Shown here in pieces: positions 10,130 through 22,691 of a DNA stretch of 64,000 bases (positions are counted from its first letter, which is position 1; each line of letters begins with the position of its first letter). Under the pieces are notes generated by a model. That model had not been told where the DNA came from. It worked only from the letters and a program-made list of their open reading frames with translations, and searched no databases. Both the position numbers and the translations under genes were made by a program. The stretch comes from Planctomycetaceae bacterium (lineage in GTDB: Bacteria; Planctomycetota; Phycisphaerae; Phycisphaerales; UBA5793). The DNA is taken from NCBI GenBank assembly GCA_040255465.1, contig JBDZVA010000002.1:418274-482273 (forward strand), read 5' to 3'.

Positions 10130-11398
10130 ATGAGCACGACTGAACGCGAGATCGACTTCAAAGTACCCGCCGCGACCAGTTTCGAGGGCGAAACGCAGGG
10201 CCCGGGGCCCAACGGCTTCACGCCCAGCCACCAGGTGGCGGCGTCGGGCATCGAACTCGAAGACGTCCAGACGGAGGAAATGCTCGTCAACATGGGCCCC
10301 CAGCACCCGGCGACGCACGGCGTGCTGCGGGTGGTCCTGCGGACCGACGGCGAACTGGTCCTCGAGGCCGTGCCGCACCTGGGTTACCTCCATCGCTGTG
10401 CCGAGAAGATCGGCGAGAGTATTCCGTACTACAAGTACATCCCCTACACCGACCGCATGGATTACGTGGCGGGGATGAACGAAAACTGGGCGTTCTGCAT
10501 CGCGGTGGAGAAGCTGGCGGAGATCGAGGTGCCGCGCCGGGCGGAGTTCATCCGCGTGATCATCGGCGAACTCCAGCGCATCGCAAGCCACCTGGTGTCG
10601 TTCGGCACATACGGGCTGGACATGGGCGCGTTCACGCCGTTTCTGTATGCGTTCCGCGAGCGAGAGTACATCCTTGATCTGTTTGAGATGGTCTGCGGCG
10701 CGCGGCTGACGTATTCGTACTACACGATCGGCGGGCTGACGCAGGACGCGCCAGACGGCTGGCTTGACAAACTCACCGAGTTCCTCAACTACTTCGAGCC
10801 CAAGATCGAAGAGTACAACGCGCTGCTCAGCTACAACCGCATCTTTACGAACCGCACGGGCAACGTCGGCGTGCTGAGCAAGGAACTCGCGATCGCCTAC
10901 GCCTGCACCGGGCCCGTCATCCGCGGCAGCGGCATTCCCTATGACCTGCGGCGCGACAAGCCGTTCTCGGTCTATCCCGAACTCGATTTCAACGTGTGCG
11001 TCGGCAGCGGCGAGTATGGAACGGTCGGCGACTGCTGGGACCGCTACTGGGTGCGCATGCTGGAGATGAAGGAGTCGGTCAAGATCATCCGCCAGTGCCT
11101 GAAGATGATCCCTGATCCATCGGATGACAGCGCCACCGGCGGGCGGCACCGCGTCAAACTTCCCAAGAACTTCAAGCCCGACGCGGGCGAAGTCTACGTC
11201 GAGATGGACAACCCGCGCGGCGTGCTCGGCTTCTTCATCGAGAGCCAGGGGCAGACTCAGCCCTACCGCGTGAAAGCGCGCAGCGGCGCGTTCTGCAACC
11301 TGAGCGTGCTGCCGGAACTGTGCCACAATGTGCTGTTGGCGGACGTGCCGGCGATCATCGGCTCGATCGACATCGTGATGGGGCAGGTGGATCGGTAA
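10130..11398 (+). CDS. nuoD: NADH-quinone oxidoreductase subunit D
   Basis: NMGPQHPATHGVLR, GYLHRCAEK, DRMDY, ELQRIASHL, GSIDIVMGQVDR. Confidence 0.93.
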   Translation: MSTTEREIDFKVPAATSFEGETQGPGPNGFTPSHQVAASGIELEDVQTEEMLVNMGPQHPATHGVLRVVLRTDGELVLEAVPHLGYLHRCAEKIGESIPYYKYIPYTDRMDYVAGMNENWAFCIAVEKLAEIEVPRRAEFIRVIIGELQRIASHLVSFGTYGLDMGAFTPFLYAFREREYILDLFEMVCGARLTYSYYTIGGLTQDAPDGWLDKLTEFLNYFEPKIEEYNALLSYNRIFTNRTGNVGVLSKELAIAYACTGPVIRGSGIPYDLRRDKPFSVYPELDFNVCVGSGEYGTVGDCWDRYWVRMLEMKESVKIIRQCLKMIPDPSDDSATGGRHRVKLPKNFKPDAGEVYVEMDNPRGVLGFFIESQGQTQPYRVKARSGAFCNLSVLPELCHNVLLADVPAIIGSIDIVMGQVDR

Positions 11399-11406
11399 GC
11401 CTCGGC

Positions 11407-12255
11407 TTACGGTCCGCGCTGGAGAGCGCTCCACCCGGCGTCGCGACGGAACATCTTGCCCTTTGTCTCGAACACATCGAGATAGGTCATCTTGAGGGCA
11501 TGCCCGTCGCCGAACACCCATTGATTGGTCGCCGCCTCTTCCGGATACAACTCCCGGCCCGGCGGCGTGTCGCCGTGCGCCGTGTTCTGACACTGCGAGA
11601 AATAGCAGCCGTGGAACCCGATGCGGCGCACATCTGCTTCACGCCGGGTGTTGATGCCGACATTGTTCATGTCGCCGGCCATGGCAAACGTGTCGGGTCG
11701 TTTGACGTAGTCGGTGCGGCAGGGTGACATGTTCCGGCCTTCTGAGTTCTGGCCGTAGTTCAACCCCGGTTCGTGACTCAGCCCCATCGCGCCGGCGGGG
11801 GTGTCCCGGCCGTAATAGTTGAAGCCGAACGCGTAGACCGGCAGGCCGTAGTTCGCTTCTTTCCACTTCAGCTTTTCGAATCCGGGGATGACGTCGTTGA
11901 AGCCGGAGTAATTCGGATAGCGCTCGGGCGCGATGTCGCAATCCCACATGTACTCGTTGCCCGAGGTGAACTCCTTGAGCCCTCGGTACCACGAGTGGTC
12001 GAGAAGTTTGCTGCGGTCGTCGGTGAGATAGCCCGGCGCGAAGTATTCTTTGTAGAACGTCGAGTAGGCGTACTGCGCCTGGCCGATCTGACGGAGTTGC
12101 GAGAGGCACTTGGTTTCCTTGGCGGCGTACCGGGCGCGCTGAAGCGAGGGGAGCAGCAGGCCGATGAGCAGCGCGATGATGGAAATGACGACGAGCAGCT
12201 CGATCAACGTGAATGCGCGGCCGCTGAGTTGTGTCGTGGTGCGGCGGTGGAGCAT
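11407..12255 (-). CDS. Prepilin-type N-terminal cleavage/methylation protein (DUF1559-like)
   Basis: [35 protein letters not shown]; C-terminal [10 protein letters not shown]. Confidence 0.9.
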   Translation of the reverse strand: MLHRRTTTQLSGRAFTLIELLVVISIIALLIGLLLPSLQRARYAAKETKCLSQLRQIGQAQYAYSTFYKEYFAPGYLTDDRSKLLDHSWYRGLKEFTSGNEYMWDCDIAPERYPNYSGFNDVIPGFEKLKWKEANYGLPVYAFGFNYYGRDTPAGAMGLSHEPGLNYGQNSEGRNMSPCRTDYVKRPDTFAMAGDMNNVGINTRREADVRRIGFHGCYFSQCQNTAHGDTPPGRELYPEEAATNQWVFGDGHALKMTYLDVFETKGKMFRRDAGWSALQRGP

Positions 12256-12480
12256 TTCGAGTCTCCCTGTGCAGGCGGCCGAGCGGCCGGTGGATGGCGG
12301 GCGGCCAACGGGACGCAGCCTCAAACCCGCCCAGCGATCCTGGATCGATCGCAGCATGTTGGACCACTAATCCTATCGAACGGGTCAAGGGTTTTCCCCT
12401 AGTAAATCGATGTTTGCTGTGGGGATATCGGCATCGATCGAGTCTGCTTGGTGGAATTGGGTGCAGGCCTAGACTGGCGT

Positions 12481-13341
12481 ATGGAATCTCCCGTCGAACC
12501 GCTGGCCGTGGATGACCTGACGTGGGCGGCGCTGCTGGGGCGCTGGCTGGACTTTGCGCGGGCGTCGGTTGCCTTGCCCGGCGATGCCGAGGGGCGGCGG
12601 TGGAACGCATCCGTTGCGCCGATCATCACGCTGCAGGCGGTGGCCTTTGCGCTGGGCCAGCTCAATGGACTGCCGGAGGATGAGCGGGCGCTGGGGCTGG
12701 ATCGGGCCGAGATTCTCCTGCGACAGGAATCGGGCCGACTGAACGCCACCTGGCGCGGAGAGCCGATGCCCGCGCTGCTGATTGAGCTCATGCAGGATGC
12801 TTCGCACGCGTTGCGCTCGGCTACGCTGGGGTGCTGCATCGAATTGCTCGTTGTCGATTCTCGCGAGTCGCTACGGCAGACGCCCGACTACCTCAGCGCC
12901 CTGCGTTCCATCGATCCGACACTGTTTGACGGTTCGATCCACCTTGTATGGCCGGGCACGCTGGCCGTTGAAGGTGAGTTGATCGGGTTCTTAGTCGGCC
13001 CCTCGCCGCGCGACTGGTGGCGTGAGCAGGTCAATGCGGCCGAGGCGGTTCAGCGGGCACTCCCCGAGTTGATTGAGTTGCTGAGCCCCGTGAGGGTGCG
13101 CTACGCGATGTCGCCGCGCCAGGTGTACCGGATCGTCGATGAGCAGGGGCGCATTGGGGAAGACGTGGCCGCGCCGCTCACTGATGATCCGCTGCCGGGC
13201 CAGCCACTGCTGCACTGCGTCTGGGATGCTGGTGCAGCGCTGCCGCCGACGATCGAGATCGATCGCTGGGTCAGGCAGCAACGGGCGGCATGGCCGACTC
13301 ATCGCCTCAGGTTTGTGGGAGCACCGGACGCATCCGCCTGA
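12481..13341 (+). CDS. Hypothetical protein
   Basis: Fills the gap between divergent and convergent genes; protein-like composition; 3' end overlaps mltA by 43 bp. Confidence 0.6.
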   Translation: MESPVEPLAVDDLTWAALLGRWLDFARASVALPGDAEGRRWNASVAPIITLQAVAFALGQLNGLPEDERALGLDRAEILLRQESGRLNATWRGEPMPALLIELMQDASHALRSATLGCCIELLVVDSRESLRQTPDYLSALRSIDPTLFDGSIHLVWPGTLAVEGELIGFLVGPSPRDWWREQVNAAEAVQRALPELIELLSPVRVRYAMSPRQVYRIVDEQGRIGEDVAAPLTDDPLPGQPLLHCVWDAGAALPPTIEIDRWVRQQRAAWPTHRLRFVGAPDASA

Positions 13342-14549
13342 AGCGACGACTCCTTGAGGAACAGGTAGTAGAGCCGGCCCTCCTGATACTGGCGACCGGC
13401 GATGAGGCCGGCGGCAGCGCCTTCGCCCATGTACAGATCACCCCGCCCCGGAGCTTTGATCGCCCCGCCGGTGTCCTGATCGAACATGAGTTGCGTGAAG
13501 GGCTGGAAGGTGCGGCCGAAGGTCGGAATGCGCGTATCGACAATCACCGCGCCGCCACGGGGAAACACGTCTTTGTCGGTGGCGATGGTGCGTTTCTCGG
13601 TGACGCGATAGCCCAACGATCCGGCGGGCCATTTGCTCGACTCATACGCGGTGAAGAAGACGTAGCGATCGTTCTCGCGGATCATGTCGAGCACTTCCTG
13701 CGGGTGGGCCTTGTAGTAGTCCTTGATGAAGGGCAACCCGACGCGACTGGGATCGACGATGCCGCGCTTGATCATCGTGGCGCCAAGCCCGGTGTACGGG
13801 CGGCCGTTCGTCCCGCTGTAGCCGAGGTACATGATGGTGTTGTCGTCAAGCCAGAGTTTGGCCGAGCCGTTGACCTGGATGAAATAGGCATCGAGGGGGC
13901 TGCGAACCCAGACGAGTTCGGTCCCCGCGAGCATGCCGCTTTCTTCGATCTCGCGGCGGGTGGGGTAGGGGCGGGTGGTGTTGCCGACGCGCTGGCCGAT
14001 GACTTTTCCGGTCTTCTCATCGACGACCAGGTCCGCCGGTCGGGTGTAGAGCGGGAAGTTGAATTCGCCGCTGCGTGTGCGGCTGGCGTCAAAGTCCATG
14101 GCGCAGTAGCCCGTGAAGAGCACCTCGCCGCTGCCGTCCCAGCCGACGGATTCGTACAGGTCGAAGCGGTCCATGACGCTGGCGATGTACTGCGATTGCG
14201 ACGGGCTGGTCTTGAGGATCTCGACGAGCGCATCGACGCTCGCCTGGGCTCGTTCAAAACTCACACCGGCCACCGGGAAGAACCCTTTGGCGGAAGGCTT
14301 GCGGAACCACTCGGCTGCCCGCTTGGCGGCTTCGACGAGCAGGGGATCATTGGGGGAGTAGGTCTGCTCGAGCAGCCGGCGGTACACCGCCGGGTTGTCC
14401 ACCTTGCGCAGCGGGTTGACGCCGGGCGGCAGTGGCCGGGTGTAGTCCTTGGTCGCGACCGGCGGAGCGATTTCGACCTTCTTCGTGGTCTTGCACCCCG
14501 CCAGAGCGAGCGAGGCGGCGCAGAGGATGGTGATGGCGAGTGTGCGCAT
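13299..14549 (-). CDS. mltA: Membrane-bound lytic murein transglycosylase A (lipoprotein)
   Basis: Lipobox LALAGC; VLFTGY, IQVNGS, Y.GTNGRPY, NDRYVFF, IATD, QDTGGAIK..GRGDLYMGEG (3D domain). Confidence 0.9.
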   Translation of the reverse strand: MRTLAITILCAASLALAGCKTTKKVEIAPPVATKDYTRPLPPGVNPLRKVDNPAVYRRLLEQTYSPNDPLLVEAAKRAAEWFRKPSAKGFFPVAGVSFERAQASVDALVEILKTSPSQSQYIASVMDRFDLYESVGWDGSGEVLFTGYCAMDFDASRTRSGEFNFPLYTRPADLVVDEKTGKVIGQRVGNTTRPYPTRREIEESGMLAGTELVWVRSPLDAYFIQVNGSAKLWLDDNTIMYLGYSGTNGRPYTGLGATMIKRGIVDPSRVGLPFIKDYYKAHPQEVLDMIRENDRYVFFTAYESSKWPAGSLGYRVTEKRTIATDKDVFPRGGAVIVDTRIPTFGRTFQPFTQLMFDQDTGGAIKAPGRGDLYMGEGAAAGLIAGRQYQEGRLYYLFLKESSLQADASGAPTNLRR

Positions 14550-14696
14550 GGGCAACTTCATTCCGTCAGCAGCGTTCAACATGCCGTTTCCTTTTTTGAG
14601 TCACGCCTTCGAGCACCGCTGGGGCGCATAACGTGGTATTGTTCATTCGAGATCGACCGTCCGCCTGTTTGTACAACAGTATTGTTGACCGCCGAA

Positions 14697-16034
14697 ATGA
14701 CTTCGCCAGCTTCCGCATCTTCTTCCTCCGACCCGGCCGGAAAGCCACTGCGCGACCGCCACGACGAGCCGTTGATCCGGGTGCTGGAAGTCGCTCGGCG
14801 ATTGGGGGGTACGTCTGACGTCCGGGAGATCCTTTCGCTGATCATTGATGCCCTGCGCGACCTGCTCGGGGCCGACCGGGCGACGGTTTTTCAATATGAC
14901 CCGGCCACCAACGAACTGTATTCGCGGGTGGCACATGGGATTGATGAGACGATGGCACGGGAGTTTCGCTTCCCGGTTGATAAGGGACTGGCGGGCGAGT
15001 GCTGTACGACGCGCAAGATCATCAACGTACCGGACTGCTACAGCGACCCGCGGTTCAGTGCCGAGGTCGATCGCCGCACCGGCTATCACACCCGCAACCT
15101 GCTTTGCATTCCGCTGGTCGCCACGGACGGCTCAACCGTCGGCGTGGCCCAGGTGCTCAACAAGCACCATGGGGTGTTTACGGATGACGATGAGTTCTTT
15201 TCCGAAGCGCTGGGCATGCAGGCCGCGGTGGCGCTCCAGAGGGCGACGCTCTTTGAGGCCAAACTGCGGCAGGAAAAACTCGACCAGGACCTCGCACTGG
15301 CCCAGCGCATGCAGAAAGCCACCTGGCCAACCCACGTGCCCCAGCCCGATGGCTACGAAATCGCCGTCTACCTCCAGCCCGCCGAGGAAACCGGCGGCGA
15401 CGCCTGTGATGTGTTTGCCGTGCCCGGTGCGGGAACGGTGCTGTTCATTGCCGATGCGACCGGCCACGGCATCGGCCCGGCCCTGAGCGTCACGCAGGCC
15501 CGCTCCATGGCTCGCGTGGCCATGCGCTGCGGCGTGGGGCTCGACCAGGCTATGCGGCACATCAACGCTCAACTCTGCGAGGACCTTCCCGCAGGTCGCT
15601 TCATCACCGCGTTCCTTGGGCGGCTCGACGCGGACGCTCACGTCATCGAGTTCCACTCCGCCGGGCAGGGGCCGCTGCTGCACTTCCATGCCGCCTCCGC
15701 AACGGGCGACTTCGCCGAGGCCAATGGCCTGCCGCTGGGGATCATGGAGTATGCCCCGGTGGAGGCGGTGGAGCTGGGCCTGGCTCACCTGGCGCCTGGG
15801 GATGTCTACGCCGTACTCTCGGACGGATTCTTCGAAGCCCAGAATCATGACGGAGAGCAGTTTGGCAATGAGGCGGTTCTTGAAGTGATCCGAGAGAGCA
15901 CGGACAAGAGTGCAGAGCAGATCATCCGCCGCCTGCTCCAGGTGCTCGCCGGTCATTGCGGCAGCCGCCTGCCCGATGATGATCGCACCGCGCTGGTTGT
16001 GCGCCGCAAGCCGGTGGAGCCGGTGGCCGAGTGA
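14697..16034 (+). CDS. GAF domain + PP2C/SpoIIE (RsbU-like) phosphatase
   Basis: GAF (VPDCYSDPRF..EVDRRTGYHTRNLLCIP..GVAQVLNK); TGGDACD, IADATGHGIG, RFITAF, SDGFFEA, DDRT. Confidence 0.9.
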   Translation: MTSPASASSSSDPAGKPLRDRHDEPLIRVLEVARRLGGTSDVREILSLIIDALRDLLGADRATVFQYDPATNELYSRVAHGIDETMAREFRFPVDKGLAGECCTTRKIINVPDCYSDPRFSAEVDRRTGYHTRNLLCIPLVATDGSTVGVAQVLNKHHGVFTDDDEFFSEALGMQAAVALQRATLFEAKLRQEKLDQDLALAQRMQKATWPTHVPQPDGYEIAVYLQPAEETGGDACDVFAVPGAGTVLFIADATGHGIGPALSVTQARSMARVAMRCGVGLDQAMRHINAQLCEDLPAGRFITAFLGRLDADAHVIEFHSAGQGPLLHFHAASATGDFAEANGLPLGIMEYAPVEAVELGLAHLAPGDVYAVLSDGFFEAQNHDGEQFGNEAVLEVIRESTDKSAEQIIRRLLQVLAGHCGSRLPDDDRTALVVRRKPVEPVAE

Positions 16035-16051
16035 ACGCCGACGGGAGGCAC

Positions 16052-17006
16052 ATGAGTCAGAGTCGACCGATTGTGATTCAGACCGAGCACCTCGATGCGA
16101 CCGCCGCAGCGTGGCTGGGTGAGCGGGCGAGCCTCGTGGTGTGCCGGTATGACGATCCTCAACTGGATTCGATGCTGGATCAGGCGGATGGCTTGATCGT
16201 CCGCACCTACACGCAAGTCGATGCGGCCCTGCTCGATCGGGCTCCGCGGCTCAAGGTCGTAGCCCGGGCGGGCGTGGGCGTGGACAACATCGATATCGAG
16301 GCGTGCGCCGGACGGGGCATCGTCGTCGTCAATGCACCCGACGCGAACACCGAAGCCGTCGTGGAGTACGTATTTGCGGCGATGCTTGATGCCCTTCGGC
16401 CGCGCGAGTGGCTGAGGCGGGCCGTGGATGGAACGCGGTGGCGAGAGCTTCGCGATGGGCTCGAAGCCGCCAAACAACTGGACGAACTGACACTGGGGAT
16501 CCTTGGTCTGGGGCGCATTGGCAAGCGCATTGCCGCGGTGGCCGTCGCCTTCGGCATGCCTGTCATCTACAACGACCTGCTCAATATTCCTGAGTCGATG
16601 CGGCATGGCGCCCGCCCGGTTGATCGCACGACATTGCTGCGCGAGTCAGATGTGCTGACCATCCACGTCGATGGGCGTCCGAGCAATCGTGGGCTGATTT
16701 CAACAAGCGAGTTGGCGCTCATGAGGGACGCGGCGACGATTATCAACTCGTCGCGCGGCTTTGTCATCGACCCGGCAGCGCTTGGGTTGTTTCTCAAGGC
16801 GAATGCGAAGGCGCAAGCGAGACTGGATGTCCATGAGCCTGAGCCGTTTGGTGCGGACTATCCGCTGCTGGGATTGCCCAATGCACACCTTTCGCCGCAT
16901 ATTGCCGGTCGCACGCACTCGGCTATGGCGCGGATGAGCGATGTGGTGCATGATGTGTGGGCGGTGTTGCAGGGGCATGAAGCAAAGTACCCCGTCCTGC
17001 CACTCA

Positions 17007-17014
<8 letters not shown>
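16052..17014 (+). CDS. D-2-hydroxyacid dehydrogenase (phosphoglycerate dehydrogenase-like)
   Basis: ARAGVGVDNID, LGILGLGRIG, INSSRG, LDVHEPEP, SPHIAG. Confidence 0.85.
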
Positions 17015-19261
<2,247 letters not shown>

Positions 19262-19285
19262 ATTGAGCGCCTTCGGGTGCGCGGT

Positions 19286-20356
19286 TCAGGGCTTGATGCC
19301 GGCTGGTTCAATGGCGGGTGGCTCGCCAACCAGTCGGGCGATCATCGCTTCCAGGCTGGCGATGCGCTCGGTCAATGCCTTGATCTGCACCTCGAGTTGC
19401 TGAATGTCGCCGGTCGCGTTCGGTATGCGACCAATCGCGAAGGTGGATGGGCCGCGCTGACCGGAATCAAGATTCGAAAAGCCTGGACGGGAGAAGACGA
19501 TGGCGTCGCCCTCCGGTCTGAATTGAATGACGGGTCGATCCGTGCCGCCGAATTGCCAACCGGACAAATCACCGCTGACGAACGAGTCGGGATCGATCTT
19601 GAGATCTTCCATTCCAACGGGTCCGCCAAAGAAAGGATCCAGGGCGGAAGGATCCAGCGGCTGAACTTCTTCAACCTCGACGGAGAGTTCGACGGGCTGT
19701 GAGCGGCGGATCAGGCGCAGCTGGATGGTCTGTCCCGGCTGCTTTCCAGAGACGACGCTTTTGAGCGTGTCCTGATTCACACGATCCTGATCATCTACGG
19801 CCGTGATGACGTCGAACTGGTGGACGCCAGACTTGAAGGCCGGCATGTTCTCCACCACACTCGTGACCAGCAGCCCCGAGTCAGGATCGAGTCCGAGTTG
19901 CGAGGCCAGCGGAGGTGAAATCGGATCGGTGTAGATGCCGATGGCGACGCGCGGGGCGTTGGCGCCGCGGTACTCCAGCCATGAGTTTGGACGGACGTAT
20001 TCGATGCGTCCCTTTTCACCCAGCGCCACCTCGAACTGGCGTTGACGCGACTCATCGATCAGCATGACGAGGTTGTTCGGTTGCCAGATGACTCGGTCAG
20101 AAGGGAGCAGCTTGTTGTTCAGCAGGACGCGCTTGCCATGGTCGTCAACGACGATGCTGAGTTTGCCGACCGGCGGAAGGTTTGCTTCCCACCGCCCCTT
20201 GGAGGGTTCGGCGGTGCTCAACTGCCGAGTGATAAAGAACTGACGCGTGACCGTCTGTTCCTGTTGATTTTCAGTTGCGGCAGGCGGGACCGACAGTGCC
20301 GCGACCGCAGCCATGGTCATCGCTCCCAGAGTGCCGCACATCATGATGCCGTTCAT
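19286..20356 (-). CDS. Secreted PDZ-domain protein (third gene of ECF module)
   Basis: Signal peptide; PDZ (IGI..LASQLGL..GLLVTSVVENMPA.KSG...DVITAVD); C-terminal coiled coil. Confidence 0.75.
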   Translation of the reverse strand: MNGIMMCGTLGAMTMAAVAALSVPPAATENQQEQTVTRQFFITRQLSTAEPSKGRWEANLPPVGKLSIVVDDHGKRVLLNNKLLPSDRVIWQPNNLVMLIDESRQRQFEVALGEKGRIEYVRPNSWLEYRGANAPRVAIGIYTDPISPPLASQLGLDPDSGLLVTSVVENMPAFKSGVHQFDVITAVDDQDRVNQDTLKSVVSGKQPGQTIQLRLIRRSQPVELSVEVEEVQPLDPSALDPFFGGPVGMEDLKIDPDSFVSGDLSGWQFGGTDRPVIQFRPEGDAIVFSRPGFSNLDSGQRGPSTFAIGRIPNATGDIQQLEVQIKALTERIASLEAMIARLVGEPPAIEPAGIKP

Positions 20357-20413
20357 CGCAAACCTCCAATCCGGTTCATCCAGCGGGGCGGGACGCGCTC
20401 GCTGGTGCCGGAA

Positions 20414-21043
20414 TCAATACAGGACCGACTGGGTACCGATGGGGCTGTTGACCCGCACCGCGCCGGGGCGGCCGTGCTCATCGGTGCTCAATTCGTACAG
20501 GTCGTTGACCGTGGCCTTCTCGACGAACTGGCGCAGGTAGGTCACTTCTGTGCTGCGCCCATCTGCCGCGAGATGCGACTCGACCATCACCTTGGGCAAC
20601 TCCTTGATAAACCGATCCTCGGCCTTGCTCGCTTTGATGTACTGCGCCAGCGCGTCGTCAGCGGTGAGTGAGACGTTCTGGATGCCCGCTCCGGGTAATG
20701 CGGTTCCGTTGCTGACCGGTCCACGACTCGAGACCGTCCATGCAAACACGACGGCCGCCGCGGCGGCCCAGCCCATCCAGCCCGTCCATCCCACAAAGCG
20801 ATATGGGCCGGCTGGCGCTTCCGTGTCGCGCATCGGTGCGGCGACGCCTTGGGCGACTGCGATTTCGCTTTCCACCGCCAGGCAGAGCGCCTCGCGATCG
20901 GCATCAGCCTCCGCGAGACGGTCCCAGACGGAACTGTCCGCGAGAGCGAGCGTCGAAAGTTGTCGCAGATCATCCGCACGGGCGTGCCCATCGATGATTC
21001 GACTGATCAGAATGTCCTCGTTGCTTTCCATTGGCTCCGTCAT
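20414..21043 (-). CDS. Putative membrane anti-sigma factor
   Basis: Downstream of ECF sigma; DILISRIIDG N-terminus and a single TM GWAAAAAVVFAW. Confidence 0.6.
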   Translation of the reverse strand: MTEPMESNEDILISRIIDGHARADDLRQLSTLALADSSVWDRLAEADADREALCLAVESEIAVAQGVAAPMRDTEAPAGPYRFVGWTGWMGWAAAAAVVFAWTVSSRGPVSNGTALPGAGIQNVSLTADDALAQYIKASKAEDRFIKELPKVMVESHLAADGRSTEVTYLRQFVEKATVNDLYELSTDEHGRPGAVRVNSPIGTQSVLY

Positions 21044-21068
21044 TTCTGTCTTTTCCCCTTTGAGTTCG

Positions 21069-21704
21069 CTAGGCTGGTCCGGCCTGGGAGATCGGTCCGG
21101 CCCGGCGCGTCTCCGGTATCGCATCTTCGCGCTGAATCTGTTCGCGAATCATGCGCCTCGCCCTTACCAGACGCGTTTCGACGGTGGTTTCCGGCAGATC
21201 CAGCACTTCTGCGACCTGCTTCTGCGACATTCCCCTTACAGCCCGCAGAATCAGGGGCTCCCGATAAGCGGGCGGAAGGGTCTGGGCCGCCTCCATGAGC
21301 CGCCTGCCTCGCGCCAAACGGGCCGCACGGTCCCTTTCGGCGGCGATCGACCCACCCTCGGCTCCGGACATCGTGTCCATGTCCTCTACCTCGCGCATGA
21401 GGCGCATTCGGACCTTGCGCTTGCGGCCGGCTGATCGAGAGGTGTTGATCGCAATCGTCCGCAGCCAGGGCCTGATGGCGTTGATGTCGTTGAGCGTATG
21501 GAGCGAACGGACCATGAGCAGGGCCACATCCTGCAAGAGATCTTCAAGATCCGCGTCGCGAGGCATGTGGGCCAGAATGACCGCTGCCACCCACCGTCGG
21601 TGTTCGCGCCAGAGCGCATCGATTTCCGTCTGACTCAGTCCGGATGACGAGCCATCCGTCCCTGACCCATCGGGAGGCGTCGGATTCGAATCCATTCGCT
21701 CCAT
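21069..21704 (-). CDS. ECF RNA polymerase sigma factor
   Basis: EDLLQDV..RPWLRTIAIN (region 2); LPPAYREPLILR..GMSQKQVAEVLDLPETTVETRLVRAR (region 4). Confidence 0.9.
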   Translation of the reverse strand: MERMDSNPTPPDGSGTDGSSSGLSQTEIDALWREHRRWVAAVILAHMPRDADLEDLLQDVALLMVRSLHTLNDINAIRPWLRTIAINTSRSAGRKRKVRMRLMREVEDMDTMSGAEGGSIAAERDRAARLARGRRLMEAAQTLPPAYREPLILRAVRGMSQKQVAEVLDLPETTVETRLVRARRMIREQIQREDAIPETRRAGPISQAGPA

Positions 21705-21813
21705 GCTGACGCTCCGTGGCCATGTTCCCGTCGCAAAACACCAGCAGACAGCCGCCTGCCCTTCCCGGACTACCGGGAGTGTAGGTGGACATGGGCCGCG
21801 GGCAGGAACGGGC

Positions 21814-22587
21814 CTAGTACGGGTGCGGGTGGTTCACCCAGCCGAACTGGTTGGCAGCGGAGCGGTAGAGATCGTCGTAGCTCTTGCCTCGCGTCAGCCA
21901 GAGTTTGAGGTGAATGGCTTTGAGGTCGGTGGCTTCTTCGGACTCAGGCAGCTTCCCCTTGGGGCTCTGGAAGGGACCGGCTGAACCGTCGAGGTACGAG
22001 AGATTGCACTTGCCGCCGTGGCGATCGCTGAACTGGTCGTACCACGCCCACGTGCCGTCCGGCACCCTCTGGTTGTACCAATACTCGTCTTCTTCAACGA
22101 GCAGCGGCATCGCCTGGAACCACTCGTAGCCTGCGGAGGGGTTGGAGGGATCCTTGGGGTAGCGCACCCTCCACTGGAGATCGGGGCGTGCGCCAGCCAT
22201 GCCTGCAACAAGGGTGTAGTCGAAGAACTGGTTGGCCAGGCGCTTGGCTTTGGGACACTCGACCGATTTTTCAGTTCCGCTGACATACGGAAAGATGCGG
22301 CCGGCGCGAAACGGGTGCGTGCCAAAGGGATGCGGGTTGCTGTAGCCGCACCAGTCGAGCTTGGTGAAGTACCCGCCGTGATTCGCTCCGCCGGGGATCA
22401 CGTCGTAGTCGCCGGCATAGAGGTTGAATGCGGCGGCAAGTTGCTTCTGATTCGACAGACATCCACCCGCCTGTGCTGCTTCGCGGGCCCGACTCAGGGC
22501 GGGGAGCAGCAGCCCAATCAGCAGCGCGATGATTGAGATCACCACCAGCAGTTCGATGAGCGTGAATGCGCGTCGGCGATCAGTCAT
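21814..22587 (-). CDS. Prepilin-type N-terminal cleavage/methylation protein (DUF1559-like)
   Basis: [30 protein letters not shown]; [14 protein letters not shown] (H-X9-DG). Confidence 0.9.
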   Translation of the reverse strand: MTDRRRAFTLIELLVVISIIALLIGLLLPALSRAREAAQAGGCLSNQKQLAAAFNLYAGDYDVIPGGANHGGYFTKLDWCGYSNPHPFGTHPFRAGRIFPYVSGTEKSVECPKAKRLANQFFDYTLVAGMAGARPDLQWRVRYPKDPSNPSAGYEWFQAMPLLVEEDEYWYNQRVPDGTWAWYDQFSDRHGGKCNLSYLDGSAGPFQSPKGKLPESEEATDLKAIHLKLWLTRGKSYDDLYRSAANQFGWVNHPHPY

Positions 22588-22691
22588 GGCTGTGTCCTTT
22601 GCCAATCCGGGTCGGAGGGACTCCCGCACCGCGCTCAGAATAACAGATTAGCCGGCCACACGCAAGCCCAATTCCCGGGTTTTGCCGTCAA

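Noticed and set aside
13290-14696. N-terminal half of the 914-aa ORF 13290..16034
   Set aside because: Antisense shadow of mltA; the real GAF-PP2C gene starts near 14697.
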